A stretch of 35,211 bases of DNA from Octopus bimaculoides (Eukaryota), in assembly GCF_001194135.2 (NCBI RefSeq), contig NC_068986.1:57069981-57105191 (forward strand), given 5' to 3'. The position numbers and the translations under genes were made by a program. Numbering within the stretch: position 1 is the stretch's first letter; the number at the start of each line of letters is the position of its first letter. Of this stretch, positions 1-10,768 are shown piece by piece. The notes below the pieces were generated by a model. That model worked only from the letters and a program-made list of their open reading frames with translations, was not told the DNA's origin and made no database searches.

Positions 1-47
<47 letters not shown>

Positions 48-49
<2 letters not shown>

Positions 50-794
50 ATAGGGTACAATTATACTTAAGGGCACAAAACCTATCATGGCTATCATGCC
101 TATATGCTGAAAGAAAACGCCGAAAGCTTTCTACCACTTCAAATATCACTTCACTTATAAATACACAGGTTGGAAGCCAGTCTGCTTTCCCGCTTTCAAC
201 CTGTGTTATATATCGCTATAAGTCTATTTTACCCAAACGGTATTTTTATGCTGGTCACTGATAAAATTCATTAATTTAATGATTTTATCCTCTAATTATG
301 TTTTAAATATAACCCATTCATTTCGAGTCAATTCATTTACCTCTGTATTATACTGACCAAATACACACTGCAAAATTCAATGCGTATATATTTGTGAATA
401 TTTGTATGTACTCGCATTCTGCGTATGCTTTTATGAGTGTTTGTATAGATATTTTCATTTATTTCGCTCAGTGTGTTCTGCTGATGAAGGAAAAGTTACC
501 AAACTAATCCAGAAATTGATCAATCCCAAACTATCTGAATTATTTTATGAATTTTTAGCCATTCTGCTTTTCCGCTTTCAACCTGTGTAATTATATGTGG
601 AATGAATATTTGAACTGGGAGGAAGTATTCGGCATCTTTTTCTAGCATATAGACATGATAGCTTTTGTGCCCGTAAGTATAATTGTACCCTGTACGATTA
701 TATATCTATAAATGTATTTTACCTAAAAGGTTTTTTTATATGCTGGCGATAGATAAAATTTATTAATTTTAATGATTTTATCCTCTAATAATGT

Positions 795-800
<6 letters not shown>
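48..800 (+). mobile_element. Penelope-like (pLTR-type) repeat relic with inverted and tandem partial copies, between (TA)n tracts
   Basis: 48-178 is an inverted copy of ~574-695. 181-206 repeats 563-588 and 207-310 repeats ~699-800. A hammerhead-like motif lies at 476-514. Partial inverted/tandem pLTRs plus a hammerhead are known PLE traits. No RT ORF seen. Confidence 0.55.
476..514 (+). ncRNA. Degenerate type I hammerhead ribozyme motif
   Basis: Stem I TTCTG(476-480)/CAGAA(510-514), core CTGATGA(481-487), weak stem II GG..CC, AAA with G12 missing, stem III ACTAAT (one change from palindromic ACTAGT), UC cleavage dinucleotide at 508-509. Confidence 0.45.
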
Positions 801-825
<25 letters not shown>

Positions 826-1141
826 GTATATATGCGTGTGTATATGTATATATTCATATCTATACTCCCACAGACGTAAAGAGACACAGAAAAACCGATG
901 CAACTACACACAGATACGGAGAAAGGGAGAAGAGGAAAGAATACAGAAAGAGAGAGAGAGGAGAGAAAGAGCGTGAAAGGCGGAGATTTTGGAAGGGCTA
1001 GCTCTAAATTTCGGCAAAGAGAATTATGTTAAACCCCAAACTGGTATCCACTGCATGTGCTAGGTGACCCATTCTCCCCAATTCCAACATTTAGAAGCAG
1101 ATAATTTGTGTTAACTTAGTTCTCGAATCGAAGTGTTTCAA

Positions 1142-1256
1142 GGCCTGTAGTTTCTCGATACCTTGTCGGAAACTTTATAATATCAATATGGGTTAAATGT
1201 AAAGGTATTCAGGAAACAGCTGGAGTGTTTAATTTTAGAGATCCCAGACGAACTGC
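1142..1256 (+). mobile_element. Degenerate CR1-like LINE ORF2 C-terminal fragment
   Basis: One frame with two stops reads GL*FLDTLSETL*YQYGLNVKVFRKQLECLILEIPDEL, resembling the invertebrate CR1-group ending GPRLFN.LP...VFK..LD.FL..IPDEP. Confidence 0.45.
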
Positions 1257-2258
1257 AAAAAATAAAAATTAAGATCGTAGAGTCAAACTAAATTCTTCAT
1301 GAAAAGAGAAAAAGAAAGAAAGCCACAGGAATCTAAAATTAGTGGCAAAAATGAGAAGAAACAAATACTGATGTGCTACAGTATGATCGCTGCCTATGGG
1401 CTAACACAAGTAACAGAGCATGTACGTGTGTACTCGTAAATATTTTAAAATAACGAATCAGTTAGTGACTGCAGACAAGAAATATACAAATGACATATTT
1501 CAAGTGCGTAATAATGAATTAAGTACACATAGCATCTTTTATATCTCATATATTTTAAATTTATACTTTAACCTATATTTAGTCATTTATATTAAATACA
1601 ATCGTCGTATATTTATTATCACGATACCGTAACCAATTGGCTGGTATAAAACACTGACATATTCGTACTGAGACCAACAGAAACGCAAACGCATCAACAA
1701 GTGAAAGAAAAAGAAAAGTGTGAAACTGCGACTCGTACACAGATTTTTTAGTGTTATGAGGCCGCGAGAGACCGTGTCAGTTTAGTGAGGAACAAAAACG
1801 TGAATTAAATTGAAGAATTTGTCAAATTTAGGTCTTCGACGCCGCTGGGGAAATATCGCCGTATAGGAGACAGCATTCTCTGTATGAAATGACCAAACTG
1901 AAAGATGAGCCCTCGACATTATGACAGCCTGTTACTTTTTCTCTTTCCCTCTCTCATTCCTTCTCTCTTCTTTCTTTTTCATTTCATTTCACTTAGATAA
2001 TCATTATTTATAATTTATTATTTATTAGTCTATTTTAGTTATCTCTTCTCACTTAGGTCATTTAATCATTTAATTCTATATCTATTTATTTTAATGCTGT
2101 TTATTATTAGCCTTCTGAAATTGTTAATAGTGAATCCTCTTAATTGACTATCATATATTAATGAAAATCACAACATTCACAAACACATGTATAAGTATGT
2201 ATATTCATTTATATAAGTATACATATGTATGAATATATATATATATGTGTGTGTATAC

Positions 2259-2291
<33 letters not shown>

Positions 2292-3269
2292 NNNNNNNNN
2301 NNNNNNNNNNNNNNNNNNNNNNNNNNNNNNNNNNNNNNNNNNNNNNNNNNNNNNNNNNNNNNNNNNNNNNNNNNNNNNNNNNNNNNNNNNNNNNNNNNNN
2401 NNNNNNNNNNNNNNNNNNNNNNNNNNNNNNNNNNNNNNNNNNNNNNNNNNNNNNNNNNNNNNNNNNNNNNNNNNNNNNNNNNNNNNNNNNNNNNNNNNNN
2501 NNNNNNNNNNNNNNNNNNNNNNNNNNNNNNNNNNNNNNNNNNNNNNNNNNNNNNNNNNNNNNNNNNNNNNNNNNNNNNNNNNNNNNNNNNNNNNNNNNNN
2601 NNNNNNNNNNNNNNNNNNNNNNNNNNNNNNNNNNNNNNNNNNNNNNNNNNNNNNNNNNNNNNNNNNNNNNNNNNNNNNNNNNNNNNNNNNNNNNNNNNNN
2701 NNNNNNNNNNNNNNNNNNNNNNNNNNNNNNNNNNNNNNNNNNNNNNNNNNNNNNNNNNNNNNNNNNNNNNNNNNNNNNNNNNNNNNNNNNNNNNNNNNNN
2801 NNNNNNNNNNNNNNNNNNNNNNNNNNNNNNNNNNNNNNNNNNNNNNNNNNNNNNNNNNNNNACAGAGAAACACAAGCAAAGCTACATATACACATACATA
2901 CATGCGTACATACGTGCATATGTAAGTGCATACATACATACATAAATACATACATAAATACATACATTCAGACGTACATACATACAAATATGCTTATGTA
3001 TTTTAATGTTAAATGCACAGACGTAAACGTTTTCTAAGTAGAATATAATATTCATCATAGTCTCGATTCAAATGAACAAATGACAGTAATAAGGAAGAGA
3101 TGATACAAGGAATGTTGGAATGTGATATACACGTAATTGAACACTACCTAAATACAGAAACACATACATGCGCATTCACAAACACTATACACAAACATAG
3201 AGGTATCCACAAAATACAAAAACAGACAGCTTATATCCGTATGAGATCCAACAAGTGAACAGCTATGTA

Positions 3270-3595
3270 GCCACTCAAGATGCTAAAAGCAGCAAATACC
3301 TTACCGATTTCTGTCTTCGCAGTAAGGACGAATGTATCAGATAATGTAGTCCAAGGCATGCAAAAGGACGTGCTTTGGAATGCCTTTGATTATAGGTTAG
3401 AATGCCTTTGACTATAGGTTAGAATGCCTTTGACTATAGGTTGGGTCAATCAGGGATGACCTAGGGCTAAACAGTCACACGATTCAGTACACATACGCAC
3501 ACTCACAAACGCCTACAAGCCTTTACAGGCGTGCACATACTCAGACAAACACATCGGTACTCACACATACAAAACACTCGAAGAAAAAATATTCA
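3270..3595 (+). repeat. Dispersed repeat (SINE-like family with GGAATGCCTTTGA..ATAGG..GATCAGGG..GGGCTAAAC tail) plus a 3' extension
   Basis: Aligns by eye to 8470-8690 over >200 bp. Contains a 22-bp unit three times (3377-3442). Confidence 0.65.
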
Positions 3596-3596
3596 T

Positions 3597-4176
3597 AGCA
3601 ACGTGATGTCTGTCCAACCGTGACTGAAGAAGATATCGCTGGCGAATAAGAGCATCGTGTACTCAGTAAATTTTGACTTTACACGTGTTGCTCCACTGGA
3701 GACTGATGAACCTTGCTTTCGATAATCATACACGTCATACATGCTGACAAAACTTACACCATTCACTATCAGCGGTGCGTTTTCGAGTAGCCCGTTTAGA
3801 TTTTGCATGAAATACGTTTTTTTCGAAAATACCATTTCTTCCTTTACTTAGTTCCACCGTTGATGGTGATTACAAGGATTACTTTCCTATTTGACCTCCC
3901 ATATTTCACACGCTTTCAACGAAGACTATACACAATACTTAAATAGTAGTCTTGATTTCTGACGGAGTCACTCTCCACAAAGAAGTTTGCCATATAGCAT
4001 GTGTTTAGGAATAACCCAATCAATCATTCAAATAAGGTGCCCATTCCAACGTAAATGGTGCTTGTGACCAATGTGCAAATACCCAGATCGTCGGTTCCCT
4101 TCAGGACATCTGTCTGGAGTCTGCAAAACCTCTGTCTGAAGCCAATATTCAGAATATTTCTCAAACATTTTTGATG
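3597..4176 (-). mobile_element. RTE-clade LINE, 3' portion (end of ORF and 3' UTR)
   Basis: Minus-strand frames read HQKCLRNILNI, HLRWNGHLI*MIDWVIPKHMLYGKL and SRLLFKYCV*SSLKACEI, matching the RTE C-terminus (HQ.CLR.IL.I, LRW.GH, IPKQLLYGEL). Stops and frameshifts present. Confidence 0.9.
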
Positions 4177-4546
4177 CGATGATTGCGACTTTGTTGTTCT
4201 TAGAGTTGAAGATATGCAAATTTTCATGGGTCATTTTTCTACACCTTGCAAGATACTTGGACTGGGGACTGAACATTAGCCATGACAGACAATTGTAATG
4301 CTCAGCCTGCGCCGAGAAACACCTGTGAATTCAAGTGAGATAGATGAACAGCACACTCAGCCATTCTTGCCGCTTAGGGGATAATATATCTTTATGAGTT
4401 GAGGAGGCAAATGTTTGCTTCAGGCTCTTAAGTCCGATATCTGATTCCAACATGTATCACGAGCGAACGAAAGTTATTGTGTACCGTGCATGTGTCCTGA
4501 CGTCGCTCCTTTATTCATTAGAAACATGGTGGATCTACAGAAGCAT
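4174..4546 (+). mobile_element. RTE-clade LINE, inverted upstream portion (RT from the YADD motif to YR)
   Basis: Plus-strand frames read DDCDFVVLRVEDMQIFMGHFSTPCKILGL, QPAP and TKVIVYRACVLTSLLYSLETWWIYR, the RT segment immediately upstream of the minus-strand piece. Confidence 0.88.
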
Positions 4547-4694
4547 ACATACATACATACATACATACATTATCCATATAAATACATGCATACGGACATA
4601 CAAGCCCAAATAGATTCAGAATAAATACACCTACAAGAGCACTAAAAACAAGCAAAGTAGAAATGTGCATCAAGGAATACCAACATCGCCACTT

Positions 4695-4895
4695 GAGAAG
4701 ACCAGCTACAGACAGTGTTTGACCCTGAGATTTGTTTATGGACATGGCAAAAGTCACACGAAGGGGGAATTGTAGTCTTCTGAATGTAAAAGGAATGTCT
4801 GCTCCTGATGGAGTAAGAGGAATTCTTGGAATAAAGACGTCATCCCCTTTTGCACATCCAGAAAGAATGGTAGCCTCGATAACATGTGACATCAT
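4695..4895 (-). mobile_element. Helitron RepHel fragment, PIF1-like helicase C-terminal motifs
   Basis: HVIEATILSGCAKGDDVFIPRIPLTPSGADIPFTFRRLQFPLRVTFAMSINKSQGQTLSVAGL, containing the PIF1/Helitron QFP and TINKSQGQTL motifs; truncated. Confidence 0.9.
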
Positions 4896-4899
4896 TTTC

Positions 4900-5060
4900 T
4901 AAATAATGCTCATCTGTTATGTTCGGGTTAAAATTTCATCAACATCAAACATATATGAATTTTCATGGGAGTTATGGTCGTTATGCAAAGAATATGATTT
5001 CCAAATTTCATAAAGATCCATTCAGTAGTTTTGACGTAGTTTTGGATAAGAAAACAAATG
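4900..5060 (-). mobile_element. Probable Helitron 5'-subterminal sequence
   Basis: Minus strand contains CTGAATGGATCTTTATGAAATTTGG, paralleling the CAACCAATTTCATTCAAATTT motif of the 5460-5766 head; adjoins the helicase fragment. Confidence 0.4.
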
Positions 5061-5213
5061 ACTAATGTGTATGTTTGTGTGCATGTGTATGTGTGTGTGA
5101 TGGGTGTATATATGTATAGATATCTGTATGCATGTATATATGTATATATGTGTACATATTACGTGTACATCTCTCTATATATATATACATCTACACATAT
5201 GTATACATATACA

Positions 5214-5250
<37 letters not shown>

Positions 5251-5459
5251 TTCTCTCTCTCTCTCTGAAAGTATCTGTCATTACAGTATCGAAATGGTGT
5301 ACATATGCATGTATATGTATACATATACATCTCTCTCTCTCTCTCNNNNNNNNNNNNNNNNNNNNNNNNNNNNNNNNNNNNNNNNNNNTCTCTCTCTTTC
5401 TGTCTCTCTCTTTCTCTCTCTGTGAAAGTATCTGTCACTACAGTATCGAAATGTGATTG

Positions 5460-5693
5460 TTTCAGTTAGTGGAATAGTTTCATTTTTAAAGTGAAAGTAT
5501 TTGACGTGAGTGTTTTTGTTTCACTTTTGACACGTAATACTTTAATAGTGGAGGAGATATTATGTTGCCGTGTGCTCGAACTCTGCAAGAAGTCAATAAT
5601 TTTTTTGACTAAAACACAACTGGAACCCTATGTAAGGCATGTGTAAAATTTGAATGAAATTGGTTGCGTAGTTCTCGAGTTTAAGGGATTCAC

Positions 5694-5740
<47 letters not shown>

Positions 5741-5766
5741 CACATTCTCATTTTTATATATATAGA
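5460..5766 (-). mobile_element. Non-autonomous Helitron 5' end
   Basis: Minus strand begins A|TCTATATATATAAAAATGAGAATGTG followed by (TCTG)n: a 5'-TC terminus after a host A plus a subterminal tetranucleotide microsatellite, as in DINE-1/Lep1-type Helitrons. Confidence 0.7.
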
Positions 5767-5869
5767 TTATTTGAAATACTAAACAAGAGAACGAAGAATA
5801 TTTAGCATAACTGTCTCAGAAGAAAACGCATTCAAACATACACTCAAGCATAGAATATACGTCATACAA

Positions 5870-5920
<51 letters not shown>

Positions 5921-6075
5921 ATATTGGTTCTTTAACGGAAAAAGACAGATATCAAAGGCTAGAAATAGACTTACATATTCGAGAAAAATAATGCTAGACT
6001 GGGGGAGAAATTGAACGACAATACAAACAACTACATATACAGGTTGATAATGAAATGCCGTTATGTAGGTGAGTA

Positions 6076-6148
<73 letters not shown>

Positions 6149-7247
6149 ATAAATATATATATACATATGTATTTATATATACATGCATACATACATACAT
6201 ACATAATACATACATGCATACATACATATATATATATATATACATACATACATACATACATACATACATACATACATACATACATACATACACCGGCTCT
6301 TTCTCTATTGGCAAGAAATCTTGAAATAAAACTGAACAATGATATACATATANNNNNNNNNNNNNNNNNNNNNNNNNNNNNNNNNNNNNNNNNNNNNNNN
6401 NNNNNNNNNNNNNNNNNNNNNNNNNNNNNNNNNNNNNNNNNNNNNNNNNNNNNNNNNNNNNNNNNNNNNNNNNNNNNNNNNNNNNNNNNNNNNNNNNNNN
6501 NNNNNNNNNNNNNNNNNNNNNNNNNNNNNNNNNNNNNNNNNNNNNNNNNNNNNNNNNNNNNNNNNNNNNNNNNNNNNNNNNNNNNNNNNNNNNNNNNNNN
6601 NNNNNNNNNNNNNNNNNNNNNNNNNNNNNNNNNNNNNNNNNNNNNNNNNNNNNNNNNNNNNNNNNNNNNNNNNNNNNNNNNNNNNNNNNNNNNNNNNNNN
6701 NNNNNNNNNNNNNNNNNNNNNNNNNNNNNNNNNNNNNNNNNNNNNNNNNNNNNNNNNNNNNNNNNNNNNNNNNNNNNNNNNNNNNNNNNNNNNNNNNNNN
6801 NNNNNNNNNNNNNNNNNNNNNNNNNNNNNNNNNNNNNNNNNNNNNNNNNNNNNNNATATATATATATATATATATGCATATGTATGCATGTATGCATGTA
6901 TATATATATGTATCTGTATATTAGTATGTATAATAAGAATAAAGGCAGAAAAACAGAAACATAAAGAACTAATGTATATTTTTAGGCAGTCTATATATGC
7001 CCTCTCACAAATTTGCATTTATATACGCATCCATACTGAGATATATGCATTCGTTCGTATATGCGTTGGGTGTGTATATGCGTATATGCGTTTTTTTTTT
7101 ATTAATATGGGAGTACATATCTACAATGGTATTTCTGCTTAGTTCGTTTTTATTATAATACATACACATAAACACACACACACACACACACACACATATA
7201 TTTACATGCATACGTATCTACAAATCAATATATATATATTTTATATA

Positions 7248-7289
<42 letters not shown>

Positions 7290-7744
7290 GTGTTATATCA
7301 TGCATTATATTTCTACATTTTATGCATATTATGCACATTCACACGCTCTAAATGTCCATCCACATACATGCATACTAACACAGGCAAAGACATTAGTAGC
7401 CCTGTGTAGATATATGTACATGTATACGTACACTCACTACTCACATACGCACACACACACGCACACACACACACACACACACGTACACGCACGCACACGC
7501 ACGCACACGCTCGCTCACACACAAGCTCGCGCGTGCGCACACTCCTGCCGATCTTTATTCGTGTGTTGGAAGTAAAGTAATTGCATGTCCAAACAAAAAA
7601 AAAAAATCTAAACTTGCTCTCCTACATTCTGGTGAATAGGAAGTTGACTATATATACATCAATATGGCGAGATTTTTTCCTGCAAGTAGATTTGTTGTTG
7701 TTTCATTGATGTAATTGTAGTTGTCACTGTTGCTGCTGCTATTC

Positions 7745-8000
7745 CATTTGTTGTTGTTTAACCCGACATCAGCCGTCTTCGAGCAGGTCTTTTATGAGAA
7801 TCATTCAATCCATGCTAACCCTTATCTTATTTTTGTTCCAAAAATTTACCACGGCCTCAAATTGTCTTTTAATCGATAACATGTCGTCTTTTAATCTTTT
7901 AATCTTTTAATCGGCCCACGTGTCTTTTGATCGATAATATATCGTCTAAAGAGATATGGCTGCTATTTCGAGTACTTTGAGCAACCACGTACTCAGTCCT
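7745..8000 (-). repeat. Degenerate copy of the 3270-3480 SINE-like family
   Basis: Reverse complement shows GAAATAGCAGCC and ..GCTCGA..GGCTGA..TAAACAACAAC blocks. Confidence 0.45.
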
Positions 8001-8469
8001 TTGCTCCTCATCAATTAAGCGGCTATGTATTTACAACAAGATAACATTCTTCTACCTACCATAAACACTATGCAGAGTAGTTCTGAATTGAGATGGTGCT
8101 GGCCTCCGGTGGCCGTTGTGAGCTGAAAGGAGCGGCAACTATCAATAAAAGTATTTATAGAGGTCGTGATTTTTCTAAGACATCCAAACCTTAAACCTGG
8201 CATAAACTTATATTGGAACATATTTTTCAAAACGTCTTACTCAAGATAAAATATGCGCACCCCCACCCCCCATATTATATTATTAATGGACAGAAAACGT
8301 AGCTGATGATGCACCAATTCCCAATATAATTTTACATTATAAGTCGTGGCCTTGTTTAATAATTTCCATAAAAATTTAACATCAGTGGTACCAGTCTATC
8401 CAAATCTCTAAAAGGTTGGGACAGCATATGAAAATAAGAATTATAATACAGGCATTAGTTTATGTGGTC

Positions 8470-8690
8470 CCAGACGTGCGAAAGGACGTCTTAGTTTAAA
8501 TGCTTTAGACTATGGTTTTGGTCAATCAGAGATGACTTGAGGCTAGACAATCACATGATTCAGTGCACATAAACAGACTGACAGATACCGATATATACAC
8601 AAATAAATACTTACAAGCATTTACAGGCACATATCCAGAGAAACACATCGATATTCACACACAAACACTCGGAGAAAAAGTACTCGTGGA
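8470..8690 (+). repeat. Second copy of the 3350-3595 repeat
   Basis: Shared blocks AAAGGACGT, GACTATGG..GGTCAATCAG.GATGAC, CACA.GATTCAGT.CACATA and AACACTCG.AGAAAAA. Confidence 0.7.
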
Positions 8691-9569
8691 ACCATCTTGG
8701 CTCTCCGCTCATAGAGAATTAAAATGTTTGGAATTCTCTCCCTATCCTCCTGTTGAATAAATCTTTTAGGATGAATATTAAAGTGAATATTAACGACTCT
8801 AACTTCCCCCAAACTTTTCTTTTTTTTTACTAGAAATGTTCAAAATCTTGAAAAGCATTTCCTTTCTTAGACGGAATGAGAAGAAGCAATTCTCTTTGTT
8901 TTTATGCATCTTGGTCAAACCCTTGTAGTTAAGAAATTTGTCAAGGAAGAGAAATAAACTAAGGCTTTAAATCCTTTTGTAGTTCCTCAGTTCCTTTTTG
9001 TTTTATATAATTTGTTTCTCATTTTCTCTCTCTCCCCCTTTCTTCCTCTACATCTCTATCTTTTCCTAGCTTTATCTCTCTTCCTCTTAGTCTATCAGTT
9101 TGAGAGTCTGCTTCCTTTCTCTCCCACCTCTCTCTTTGCCAGTCTCTCCCTCTTATTATTTTTCTCTCTGTTTCCGTATCATTCGCTCGATTCTTTTCTG
9201 CTCCCTGTCTATCTGTTCATCTCATTTTCACAGCCTCTCTTATTTTTAGTAATATATTAGATTTCAGAAGTGTCTACTGTCTGCTTAGGGACAGATCCGG
9301 GGCAGCTTCTCCCTAAAAGTTTTGACTGTGACGTCTTAAAAAACACATCGACTTTGCCTTTCTCATTTCTCACTGCCTCTCCCGTCTCTCCTCTTCCATG
9401 TTCATTCCCCTATATTTCCTTCTCCGCCCCCACCTCTCTCTCCTTCTATTTCGGAAGTAAGTTTGTCTCCGAATATTTGTTATCTGTCTCTCACTGTATC
9501 TTTCTTTGTTTTAAGTTTGTCTCTCTCGCATTCTTTTCCCCGCCTCTCTTTCTGTTTCTGACTCATCGA

Positions 9570-9608
9570 TTCCTTCCTTCCTTCCTTCCTTCCTTCCTTC
9601 CTTCCTTC

Positions 9609-9656
<48 letters not shown>

Positions 9657-9696
9657 ATTTCTTTCTTCCTTCCTTCCTTCCTTCCTTCCTTCCTTC

Positions 9697-9743
<47 letters not shown>

Positions 9744-9745
9744 TT
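9570..9745. repeat. Compound tetranucleotide microsatellite (TTCC)n-(TATC)n-(TTCC)n-(TTTC)n
   Basis: Directly visible. Confidence 0.95.
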
Positions 9746-10284
9746 TCTGGCTTCCCATTTCTTTCCCTTTCTACCATCTTTCAGACCCTCTCTCAGTAGC
9801 ATATCTTGTTACGGAAGTAGTTTGATGAGAAATTATAACATCTCTAGGGAGGAGTGTAGATAAGAAGACTTAAAGATAGATGATGAATAGAAGTAGAATG
9901 TGTGACGCTTATTGCCCATCCCAGAGGCATTAGCGACATAAGTAATGTGAAATGGCAAAATCAGGAAATCAAAATTCGACCCACAGACTCAGGTCGGCGA
10001 GAAACTATGATTTTCGATGATAATATAAGAAATTGGCTGTTAGTAATCTAGTACAATGGTATCGCTGATGACTTAGTTGATATATAAAATAACGGACAAT
10101 GGACCGAGAAACCAAACTATCAAATGCTGGGTTAATGAAGTACCTTCTATCCGGGAAGTCGATGTTGCTAGAAATAGCAATCTTTAAATCACAATCTACA
10201 GTCTTCAAAATAAATGAATGAATGAATAAATAAATAAAAGCGACGTTGAATAATTTAATTTTAAGTAAGCTAATACAGTGTCCG

Positions 10285-10510
10285 TAATACTCCTTTCTAC
10301 TATAGGCACAGGACCCGAAATTTTTTGATAGAGTGGGGTGCTAATAGATTACATCAGCCCCGGTGCTCAAGTGGTACTTACTTTATTGACCCAGAAAGGA
10401 TGAACGACGAAATTAACCTCCGCGGAATTTGAACTCAGAACGTAAAGGCGGAGTAAATACTGCTGAGCATTTTGTCCGGCGCCCTAACTATTCTGCTAAC
10501 TCGTTACCTT
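10285..10510 (-). mobile_element. tRNA-derived SINE (family B)
   Basis: Reverse complement begins AAGGTAACGAGTTAGCAGAA, has a B-box-like GAGTTCAAATTCC, and is homologous to 10546-10768. Confidence 0.8.
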
Positions 10511-10545
10511 CATAGAGTATCTGTAATATTAAATCATCAAGATGC

Positions 10546-10768
10546 AAGGCGGTGAGCTGGCAGAACCATTTGCATACCGAGCAAAATGCTTAGCAGTATT
10601 TCATCCGTCGTAATGTTCAGAGTTGAAATTCTGCCGAGGTCGATTTTGCTTTTCATTCTTTCGATGTCGATAAAATAAATACCAGTTCAGAAATGGGGTC
10701 AATGCTTACCCCCGCCCCATAAATTACTGGTCTTATGCCAAAATTTGAAATCAATATTAGGTCATCAA
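10546..10768 (+). mobile_element. tRNA-derived SINE (family B)
   Basis: AAGGCGGTGAGCTGGCAGAA head, GAGTTGAAATTC B-box-like motif, body GTCGATAAAATAAATACCAG..GGGGTCAAT. Confidence 0.8.

Noticed and set aside
2177-3037. Long ORFs spanning N-gaps (also at 6.0-7.1, 11.2-12.1, 16.6-17.0, 19.6-20.3, 20.6-21.5, 23.1-24.0 and 28.3-29.3 kb)
   Set aside because: Open only because N codons and TA/CA/GA microsatellites lack stops.
5267-5455. ~28-bp direct repeat GAAAGTATCTGTCA.TACAGTATCGAAATG on both sides of the 43-bp gap
   Set aside because: Probably redundant contig ends around a collapsed (CT)n; cannot be told from a real duplication.
8015-8440. Possible decayed Tc1 N-terminus (GCLRKITT) and CAGTG TIR-like start
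   Set aside because: Similarity too weak; no DDE motifs or partner TIR seen.
9270-9863. 197-aa F/L/S-rich ORF resembling a membrane protein
   Set aside because: Translation of a CT-rich tract and tetranucleotide repeats.
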